Assembly (NCBI GenBank): GCA_044225175.1
Contig: JBGAJA010000006.1
Location: 65,049 to 129,048, forward strand
Origin: Candidatus Omnitrophota bacterium
Lineage (GTDB): Bacteria; Omnitrophota; Gorgyraeia; Zapsychrales; Fredricksoniimonadaceae
DNA length: 64,000 nt
Reading direction: 5' to 3'
Both the position numbers and the translations under genes were made by a program. The notes under the pieces were generated by a model, which was not told the origin of the DNA, did no database searches, and worked only from the letters and a program-made list of their open reading frames with translations. Positions 36,957-44,557 of the stretch are shown piece by piece. Position 1 is the first letter of the stretch; each line of letters begins with the position of its first letter.

Positions 36957-39900
36957 ATGCGCAAAAATTTAAGAAGAGTTTTATCCCTAGGGGTTTTATT
37001 TGCCTTTTTGATCACTAGTCTGGGCCCAATTCCAAGTGCTCACGCTCAGGAGCTTGCCTTACCAAAACCTGGGGTGATGGTTCATTTAAGCCCTGCGGTC
37101 AATCCACCCATCCTAAAGGGTTTGAAGGTTCATACGGATAATCCTTTTAGATTTGACTTTATCCTGGATAAAGGTGATTCCGAGCAAGGCTCAACCAATG
37201 CAGGATTGAAAGAAGAATCCAGCCGCTTAATTAAGTATTTTCTAGCTAGTCTAACTATCCCTGAGAAAGATCTCTGGGTGAACTTATCTCCCTACGAAAA
37301 AGATCGAATCATCCCCAATAGCTTTGGTTTAACCGAAATGGGTCGCGATCTCCTAGCTCAGGATTATATCCTCAAACAGATCACCGCATCTTTAATCTAT
37401 CCGGAAGATGAAATAGGAAAGAAGTTCTGGAAGAGAATTTATGAAGAAGCTCAAGTTAGGTATGGGACAACAAATATCCCAGTAAACACTTTTAACAAAG
37501 TTTGGATCGTCCCACAGAAAGCTGTGGTGTATGAGAATGCCAAGGCTGGTACGGCTTATGTTGTTGAATCCAGGTTGAAGGTGATGTTGGAAGAGGATTA
37601 TTTGGCGATGGGTAAAAATATCGTAGGGACGACCCCCCGTGGGCGCCCTTTACCAGGGCAGGTACAGGGGCCTGCCCCTACGGAAACAAATAAAATCGGA
37701 TCCCAAATCATCCACGAAATCGTCATCCCCGAATTAACCAAAGAAATCAACGAAGGCTCAAATTTTGTCCAACTTAGGCAGGTTTATAGTTCCTTGATTC
37801 TAGCTACATGGTACAAGAAAAAGATCAAAGATTCGATATTGGCACGAATTTATGCGGATAAGAATAAGATAGCAGGAGTGGGATATTCTTCCAGTGTCAT
37901 GGCGAGCGAACGTAGTGAGCGCGGCAATCTTTCTAAAAAGATTGCTTCGTCGCCTTTGGCTCCTCGCAATGACACGGAGGAAATCTACCAACGCTACCTC
38001 CAAGCCTTCAAAAGAGGCGCTTACAACTATATCAAAGTAGAAATTGACCCTGTTACTCAGCAATCCATTTCCAGGAAGTATTTTTCTGGTGGAATGCTTA
38101 TAAAACCTGATATTGAAACCACTCAAATTCTTCCTTCGATGTCTCCTGTCCAGTCCTCTGTTGTTGTTTCTGCTGATTTAGCAATGAGCTCAGACCTTAC
38201 ATCAGAGTTAGCTGGTAAAGAGCCTGGAGGGGAAGATCGTGGAAGAAAGAGTCTAGAAGCGCTTAGAGCAATTAAATATGAAGATATTAATGTTAATCAA
38301 GGAACAGGGTTAAAGGAATTGGTTAGGGAGGCGCTGGGTGTAAGTAGTAAAAGAAAGGCTTCTGGGGTAAAGGTATCTGCAGAAGAATATGTAGGCAAGA
38401 TGCAGCGAGGTGAGAGGATTATTGATCAAGTGCCGCAAGCGGTAGATACGATCATGGGTAGGATAGATTTGGGTAAGTTAAATGACATTAATGCCTATGA
38501 TAAGAAAACTATTGTGGCTGATTTATTAAGAGATTTATGGATAGCGGATTTATTGGGGTTGTTAAATGTGGATTTGATATCAACTTTTGGATTTTCGAGT
38601 TTTACGACAATGTTAGTAAAGAAAAGAATTCTTACTAAAGTTTCTTTAAGACCGACAGTCAGATTTGAAGATTATTGGGTTATTAGGAATCGTATCATTC
38701 AGGGTGAGATTATAAATAATCAAATTTATAAAGGTAATGAGGGACAGATTAAATGGGTTAGGCAGATGAAGGACGATGGAAAGATTAATTCGACCAATTT
38801 AAGACATATTTACAATATCTTGGAAGAAGAGTGGGTAAAGCTACTTAATTGGCAAGGAATGAGTATGCCTCTGGAGGAGGCCGAGAAAGTCAGAGTGTTA
38901 GTTGAAGCATTAGTTAAGGATAAAGAACAAATGAAGCTTTATCGAGGCAACGTCGGTCAGATTAAATGGGTGAGAGAAATGAAGAAAGCAAACAGAATTA
39001 CCTCAACCAATCTGGGAAGTATTTATAGCGTGTTGGAAAACGAGTGGATCAAGACAGAAGTCCTTAATTGGCAATACATCAATATGCCTTTAGAAGAAGC
39101 AGAGAAAGTTAGAACTTTAATTGAAGCATTAATTCAGGATCGAGATCAGATGAGACGTTATCAAGGCAATGCTGGTCAGATCAGATGGGCAAGGCAAATG
39201 AAGGATGAAGAGAAGATTGTCTCAACACATCTAGGAAATATTTATAGTGTGTTAGATGAAGAATGGATCAAGACAGAAAACCTTAATTGGCAAAAGATAA
39301 ACATGTCTTTAGAGGAGGCTGAGAAGGTTAGAGTGTTAATTGAAGCATTGGTTCAGGATCCTAACCAAGTAAGGCTTTATCAAGGTAATGCTGGCCAGAT
39401 CAGATGGATAAGACAAATGAATGATGAACGGAAGATTGCCTCAACACATCCAGGAAATATTTATACTGTGTTGGATGAAGAATGGATCGAGACAGAAAAT
39501 CTTAATTGGCAAAAGATGAATATGCCTTTAGAAGAGGCAGAGAAAGTCAGAGTATTAGTGGAAGCATTGGTTCAGGATCCAGATCAGATGAGACGGTATC
39601 AAGGTAATGCCGGCCAGATCAGATGGGTAAGGCAAATGAAGGATGAGGGAAAGATTGCCTCAACACATCTAGGGCATATTTATAGTGCATTTGATGAAGA
39701 ATGGGTCAATACAGAAAATCTTAATTGGGAAAAGATGAATATGCCTTTAGAAGAGGCAGAGAAAGTCAGAAAGTTAATTGAAGCGTTAGTTCAGGATCGA
39801 GATCAGATGAGGCGGTATCAAGGCAATGCCGGCCAAATCAGATGGGTAAGGCAAATGAAGGATGAGGGGAAGATCAACGCTACTAATTTAGCTAGTATTT

Positions 39901-42179
39901 ATAGTGTTTTGGAAGGTGAATGGGTAAAGCCGGATGTGCTTAATTGGAAAAAGATGGATATGCCTCTGGAGGAAGCAGAGAAGATAAGAGAGATGATTCA
40001 AAAATTAGTTCAAGACCCTAAACAGGTGGAGTTATATAAAAATAATGCTGGGCAGATTAAATGGGTAAGACAGATGAAGGATGGCGGCAAGATTGCCTCA
40101 ACTCACTTGTCTAATATTTATAGTGTCTTGGAAGAAGAGTGGATAAAGCCTGATGAGCTTAATTGGCAACAGATGAATATGTCTTTAAAGGAAGCGGAGA
40201 AGATAAGAGAGATGATTCAAAAATTAGTTCAAGACCCTAAACAGGTGGAGTTGTATAAAAATAATCCTGGCCAGATCAGATGGGCAAGGCAAATGAAGGA
40301 TGAGGGTAAGATTAATTCGACTTATTTAGGCAATGTTTATAGTGTCTTAGATAAAGAATGGGTAAATGCGGATGTGCTTAATTGGCAAAATATACACATG
40401 TTATTAAAAGAAGCAGAGGCCCAGCAGCTATCTCAAGAACCTCCTGATCAAGCTATGTTAAGCGCTGTCCCAGATGTCGTGGCATTATTAGAAGAAAAAC
40501 AACGGCAAGGCATGATAGATCAATATTTAGGCTCCATGATGCATTATGCAAAGTTTGGAGATTTAGCTATTTATTATTTGATACGTGATGTTCGCTCTAA
40601 AACTGGTTTTTTAAAACCAATTTCTCCGGCAACGTTTGCTGCCAGTATGAATACTCTTCTTGCGCCTCAACTTAAAGAGATTGGCTTTACTTTTAAGAAA
40701 GGATCTTTAACTGAAGAGGTATATTCGGGATTGGAACAATGGTTAAAAAAAATCTCCTTCGATCAACTCTCTTCCTATGGAAGTATGGCAGGATTAATTC
40801 GTCTAATCAAACAGATCGAAGCAGATAAAGATGGTGATTTAAGTAAATTAAAAGGGGTCCATCTAAGTCAATTAACTGCATTGCTTCATGCATCGAGGAA
40901 TGTTGAGCTTATATCAGGTCATGCTATACAGAAGTGGGAGCTTCCATATCTAACTATGAGTATGGAAAAGTTTCAGGCTCTAGAAGCTTGGGCTGAAAAA
41001 ACAAAGGAATTATCTAATTATGGAAACATGAAAGGTTTGGTTTTGCTGGTTCAAGAAATTATGTCTGGGAAAGATGATGATTTAAAGAAATTGCAAGATG
41101 CGGATTTGTATGATCTTACGATGGTGCTTCATTCATCCGAAAATATTAAAGCTTTAACAGCTCGAACCATTCCAGGTTGGAATATGCCTCGGGTTAATAT
41201 GTCGGTCCGGCAATTTTATGCTATTCAACTTTGGCTTAAGAAGCAAGACGCATACAAATATAATAAGATGTCAGGTTTGATTTTATTGGTTGGAGAAATT
41301 GAAAGTGGAAAAGAACTCGATCTCAAAGTTCTAAAAGGAGTTAACCTCAGTTCATTGACTTCATTGCTTTCTTCAAGGGAGAATATGGAAGCTTTGACAG
41401 GTCAGTTCATGAAAGATTGGGATATTCCAAATATTAAAATGACCATAAAACAATTTACTGCTTTGCGTCTTTGGGCAAGAGAACAAGAAAGCAGATTAGC
41501 TATATATGGAAGTATGCAGGGATTGATTACTTTAATCGATGAAATCAATAAAGGTCAAGATCCACATTTGAAGGTTTTGCAAGGGATCAATTTGGGATAC
41601 TTAACTCACCTTCTTCATTTTTCTGAGAATATTGAAGCGTTAACCGGACAATATATTGAAAGTTGGGATATGCCGTTTGTCAATATGTCCATGAAACAGT
41701 TTCAAGCGCTTTATCAATGGATTATAAAACAGAAATCTAATTTAGAGCAATATGGAAGTGAGAAAGGTTTGGAAGAATTGCTTAAGAAAATTGAGGCAGG
41801 GGAAGCTGAGTTGAGTCCATTGAAAGGGATCAATCTAAAACCTCTAACATTATTTCTTTCTTCCCCTAAAAATATTAGAGATTTATCAGGCCGAGATATT
41901 GCAGGTTGGAATATGCCTATTTTGAAAACTACATATGCGGAAGCTCTTAGAGATTTTGGAATTAAAGATCAGGCGATGTCAAAATCTACCCCAGGTGGTA
42001 TTGATTTAACCACTGCTTCAATGAATTTGGAAACTGAAACTCAAAATAGTAACGAAGAATTTAAATTCAATATTGACCCCGCAATGCTCAAACAACTTCA
42101 AAACGCTCCAGGTTTTTATCCCATCATCATGAATATCACACGTTTACAAGATTTGAAAACTTTCCTGGTAAGTCCATAA
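36957..42179 (+). CDS. Large secreted modular protein: conserved N-terminal domain + two tandem-repeat cargo modules + GGIDL C-terminal domain (paralog of 49678..53736)
   Basis: Sec signal peptide (AHA-Q); aa ~35-379 strongly similar to the N-terminus of the 49678 ORF; 8x73-aa and 5x~81-aa repeats; C-terminal GGIDL..I.P.I..IT tail shared with the paralog. Confidence 0.9.
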   Translation: MRKNLRRVLSLGVLFAFLITSLGPIPSAHAQELALPKPGVMVHLSPAVNPPILKGLKVHTDNPFRFDFILDKGDSEQGSTNAGLKEESSRLIKYFLASLTIPEKDLWVNLSPYEKDRIIPNSFGLTEMGRDLLAQDYILKQITASLIYPEDEIGKKFWKRIYEEAQVRYGTTNIPVNTFNKVWIVPQKAVVYENAKAGTAYVVESRLKVMLEEDYLAMGKNIVGTTPRGRPLPGQVQGPAPTETNKIGSQIIHEIVIPELTKEINEGSNFVQLRQVYSSLILATWYKKKIKDSILARIYADKNKIAGVGYSSSVMASERSERGNLSKKIASSPLAPRNDTEEIYQRYLQAFKRGAYNYIKVEIDPVTQQSISRKYFSGGMLIKPDIETTQILPSMSPVQSSVVVSADLAMSSDLTSELAGKEPGGEDRGRKSLEALRAIKYEDINVNQGTGLKELVREALGVSSKRKASGVKVSAEEYVGKMQRGERIIDQVPQAVDTIMGRIDLGKLNDINAYDKKTIVADLLRDLWIADLLGLLNVDLISTFGFSSFTTMLVKKRILTKVSLRPTVRFEDYWVIRNRIIQGEIINNQIYKGNEGQIKWVRQMKDDGKINSTNLRHIYNILEEEWVKLLNWQGMSMPLEEAEKVRVLVEALVKDKEQMKLYRGNVGQIKWVREMKKANRITSTNLGSIYSVLENEWIKTEVLNWQYINMPLEEAEKVRTLIEALIQDRDQMRRYQGNAGQIRWARQMKDEEKIVSTHLGNIYSVLDEEWIKTENLNWQKINMSLEEAEKVRVLIEALVQDPNQVRLYQGNAGQIRWIRQMNDERKIASTHPGNIYTVLDEEWIETENLNWQKMNMPLEEAEKVRVLVEALVQDPDQMRRYQGNAGQIRWVRQMKDEGKIASTHLGHIYSAFDEEWVNTENLNWEKMNMPLEEAEKVRKLIEALVQDRDQMRRYQGNAGQIRWVRQMKDEGKINATNLASIYSVLEGEWVKPDVLNWKKMDMPLEEAEKIREMIQKLVQDPKQVELYKNNAGQIKWVRQMKDGGKIASTHLSNIYSVLEEEWIKPDELNWQQMNMSLKEAEKIREMIQKLVQDPKQVELYKNNPGQIRWARQMKDEGKINSTYLGNVYSVLDKEWVNADVLNWQNIHMLLKEAEAQQLSQEPPDQAMLSAVPDVVALLEEKQRQGMIDQYLGSMMHYAKFGDLAIYYLIRDVRSKTGFLKPISPATFAASMNTLLAPQLKEIGFTFKKGSLTEEVYSGLEQWLKKISFDQLSSYGSMAGLIRLIKQIEADKDGDLSKLKGVHLSQLTALLHASRNVELISGHAIQKWELPYLTMSMEKFQALEAWAEKTKELSNYGNMKGLVLLVQEIMSGKDDDLKKLQDADLYDLTMVLHSSENIKALTARTIPGWNMPRVNMSVRQFYAIQLWLKKQDAYKYNKMSGLILLVGEIESGKELDLKVLKGVNLSSLTSLLSSRENMEALTGQFMKDWDIPNIKMTIKQFTALRLWAREQESRLAIYGSMQGLITLIDEINKGQDPHLKVLQGINLGYLTHLLHFSENIEALTGQYIESWDMPFVNMSMKQFQALYQWIIKQKSNLEQYGSEKGLEELLKKIEAGEAELSPLKGINLKPLTLFLSSPKNIRDLSGRDIAGWNMPILKTTYAEALRDFGIKDQAMSKSTPGGIDLTTASMNLETETQNSNEEFKFNIDPAMLKQLQNAPGFYPIIMNITRLQDLKTFLVSP
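37622..37682. repeat. REP-doublet-like element inserted in frame
   Basis: CGTAGGGACGACCCCCCGTGGGCGCCCT..AGGGCAGGTACAGGGGCCTGCCCCTACG; GTAG...CTAC ends, GC-rich in an AT-rich gene; encodes VGTTPRGRPLPGQVQGPAPT, not present in the paralog. Confidence 0.8.
37894..37975. repeat. RPE-like palindromic element inserted in frame
   Basis: Terminal inverted repeats GTGTCATGGCGAG / CTCGCAATGACAC and inner hairpin GCAATCTTT-ctaa-AAAGATTGC; encodes VMASERSERGNLSKKIASSPLAPRND, absent from the paralog. Confidence 0.8.
38727..40418 (+). repeat. Coding tandem repeat array A: 8 units of 219 bp (73 aa; first unit 71 aa, last truncated)
   Basis: Unit starts (Tyr codon) at 38727, 38940, 39159, 39378, 39597, 39816, 40035, 40254; consensus YqGNaGQIrWvRQMKDegKI.ST.L..IYSvLdeEWi..e.LNW..mnMpLEEAEKvR.lieaLvqD..Q... 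Confidence 0.95.
40776..41945 (+). repeat. Coding tandem repeat array B: 5 diverged units of 80-82 aa
   Basis: Unit starts at 40776, 41019, 41259, 41505, 41751; consensus YGsM.GLi.Li.eI..gkd..Lk.LkgvnL..LT.lL.s.eNieaLtG..i..W.mP.vnMs.kqF.Al..W. Confidence 0.9.
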
Positions 42180-42239
42180 ACAAAACTTCACATTTAAAAT
42201 CTGTTGAAGATTTTTCCAAGATATATATAATGCACAGCT

Positions 42240-44228
42240 ATGAATAAAACTACTTCTATTGATAACTTCAAAGAAGCACCGAAAGCCTCCTCACCTCAAG
42301 AAAGTCCCAAAGAAAATTTAAAAGTTTTATCGCATCCCTTTATCACAGAACATGATATCTACCTTTTCAAAGAAGGAAATCACTTTAGACTTTACGAGAA
42401 ATTAGGCGCTCATCAGATCGTTGTGGATGGGAAGCCGGGTGTTCATTTTGCCGTTTGGGCCCCGAATGCTAAGAAGGTTTCTGTTATTGGGAACTTCAAT
42501 GGCTGGAATCGTTCTTCTCATTCTTTAAACCCCCGCTGGGATCATTCTGGGATTTGGGAAGGTTTTGTTCCGGGAATCTCTAAGGGTGAAATCTACAAAT
42601 ATTTCATTGTTTCTAGTCAGGACTATTATCAAGTTGAGAAACAGGATCCTTTTGCCATTTATAATGAAGTAGCTCCCAACACAGCTTCTATAGTATGGGA
42701 TTTAGATTATGAATGGAAGGATCAGCCATGGATGGAGAGCCGTTACAAGAAGAATAGTTTAAATGCTCCTATGTCCATCTACGAGATGCATTTAGGTTCT
42801 TGGAAGAAGGTTGTTGAAGATAATGGTCGTTTCTTGACGTACCGTGAAATGGCAGATCAATTACCTGAATATCTTAAATACATGGGGTATACCCACGTCG
42901 AATTTTTGCCAGTTATGGAGCATCCTTTCTATGGTTCCTGGGGATATCAAACTTTAGGCTATTTTTCAACCACCAGTCGCTACGGTACGCCGCAAGATTT
43001 TATGCATTTGGTCGACTGCCTGCATAAAAATAATATTGGTGTCATTCTAGATTGGGTTCCATCTCACTTTCCGACGGATGAACATGGTTTATCTTACTTT
43101 GATGGAACACATTTATTTGAACATACAGATCCTAGAAAAGGCTATCACCCAGATTGGAAGAGTTCCATTTTTAATTATGGACGTAATGAAGTTCGTGAGT
43201 TTTTAATTTCTTCTGCCATGTTTTGGATGGAGAAATTTCATATTGATGGACTTCGGGTAGATGCTGTTGCCTCCATGTTGTATTTGGATTATTCCCGCCA
43301 ACAGGGCGAGTGGATTCCAAATGAATATGGCGGGCGTGAGAATTTAGATGCCATGTTCTTTATTCGTAAATTAAATGAAACAATTTATTCTAACTTTCCT
43401 GACACACAAATGATTGCAGAGGAATCTACCGCATGGCAAGGTGTTTCAAGGCCAAATTATCTAGGCGGATTGGGATTTGGGATCAAATGGAATATGGGAT
43501 GGATGCACGATACGCTCGTTTACATGAGTAAAGATCCTATCTATCGTAAATACCATCAGAATGATCTAACATTCTCATTTTTATACGCCTACACAGAAAA
43601 TTTTATGTTGTCTTTATCCCATGATGAAGTGACTCATGGAAAAGGGTCCTTGATTTCTAAAATGCCTGGTGATTTTTGGCAGAAATTTGCTAATCTTCGA
43701 CTACTAATGGGCTATATGTTTGCCCATCCAGGTAAGAAGTTGAATTTTATGGGAACTGAGTTTGCCCAATGGGAAGATTGGAATCATGATCATTCTCTGC
43801 AATGGCATTTATTGAACTATGAGCCTCATAAAGGAATTCTTCAATTGGTCAAAGACTTAAATCACTTGTATCGTTCAGAGCCAGCTCTCTATGAATGTGA
43901 TTTTACTCCAGATGGTTTTGAATGGATTGATTTCAGTGATTACCAAAAAAGTATCATTTGCTTCATGAGAAAGTCTTTTGCTAATAATAGCCAGATCATT
44001 GCTGTTTGTAATTTTACACCCCAAACTTGGCATAATTATTCAATCGGTGTTCCGTATGCAGGAATATGGAGAGAAGTTTTAAACACTGATGCATCCATAT
44101 ATGGAGGATCCAATCAAGGTAATGGAGGAGCTCTTCAGGCCCAGAATTATTCCAGCCATGGAAGACCTTTTTCATTATCATTAACTATTCCTCCACTAAG
44201 CATTTTGTTTTTAAAAAATGTTAAATAA
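42240..44228 (+). CDS. glgB: 1,4-alpha-glucan branching enzyme
   Basis: FAVWAPNA, YEMHLGSW, SWGYQ, DGLRVDAVASMLY, AEEST, WNMGWMHD, LSHDEV. Confidence 0.97.
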   Translation: MNKTTSIDNFKEAPKASSPQESPKENLKVLSHPFITEHDIYLFKEGNHFRLYEKLGAHQIVVDGKPGVHFAVWAPNAKKVSVIGNFNGWNRSSHSLNPRWDHSGIWEGFVPGISKGEIYKYFIVSSQDYYQVEKQDPFAIYNEVAPNTASIVWDLDYEWKDQPWMESRYKKNSLNAPMSIYEMHLGSWKKVVEDNGRFLTYREMADQLPEYLKYMGYTHVEFLPVMEHPFYGSWGYQTLGYFSTTSRYGTPQDFMHLVDCLHKNNIGVILDWVPSHFPTDEHGLSYFDGTHLFEHTDPRKGYHPDWKSSIFNYGRNEVREFLISSAMFWMEKFHIDGLRVDAVASMLYLDYSRQQGEWIPNEYGGRENLDAMFFIRKLNETIYSNFPDTQMIAEESTAWQGVSRPNYLGGLGFGIKWNMGWMHDTLVYMSKDPIYRKYHQNDLTFSFLYAYTENFMLSLSHDEVTHGKGSLISKMPGDFWQKFANLRLLMGYMFAHPGKKLNFMGTEFAQWEDWNHDHSLQWHLLNYEPHKGILQLVKDLNHLYRSEPALYECDFTPDGFEWIDFSDYQKSIICFMRKSFANNSQIIAVCNFTPQTWHNYSIGVPYAGIWREVLNTDASIYGGSNQGNGGALQAQNYSSHGRPFSLSLTIPPLSILFLKNVK

Positions 44229-44247
44229 TTATTATCAAGGAGAGGTT

Positions 44248-44544
44248 ATGAAAGATAAGATTATAGAAGCGGCAGGGAAAACATGGAGATTTTTAGGGCA
44301 AAATGGTGAAGTGAATGTTGATCAATTACCTAAAGTTCTCAAAGAAAAAGAACATGTTATTTTTCAAGCTCTTGGCTGGCTGGCCCGTGAGGATAAATTA
44401 AGTTATTCTACCAAGAATCGTCGTACGTTCGTTACGCTCGTTGAAGGTGAGTTGCAAGCTTTTAATAGTTTGATGTATAACATTCAACAAGACCAAAGTG
44501 CCCCCCAAAAAACTAAGGGTTCAAACGGAAGGCTTAAGAAATAA
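44248..44544 (+). CDS. Winged helix-turn-helix protein (DUF2582 family)
   Basis: I.EAAGK.W..L..ALGWLAREDK motif; GGAG RBS before ATG 44248. Confidence 0.85.
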   Translation: MKDKIIEAAGKTWRFLGQNGEVNVDQLPKVLKEKEHVIFQALGWLAREDKLSYSTKNRRTFVTLVEGELQAFNSLMYNIQQDQSAPQKTKGSNGRLKK

Positions 44545-44557
44545 TTAGAAAGTATTT

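Noticed and set aside
38341-38365. SSKRKAS as a nuclear localisation signal before repeat array A
   Set aside because: A short basic patch is expected by chance in a Lys-rich protein, and nothing here indicates a eukaryotic host.
38727-40418. 219-bp periodic repeats as a CRISPR array or a diversity-generating retroelement target
   Set aside because: The units are in-frame coding repeats with synonymous variation and no repeat-spacer structure; no cas genes, reverse transcriptase or separate template repeat is seen in the window.
36764-42179. Genomic island integrated at tRNA-Leu carrying the large protein
   Set aside because: The gene lies on the 5' side of the tRNA; I found no integrase and no duplicated tRNA 3' end (att site) by eye.
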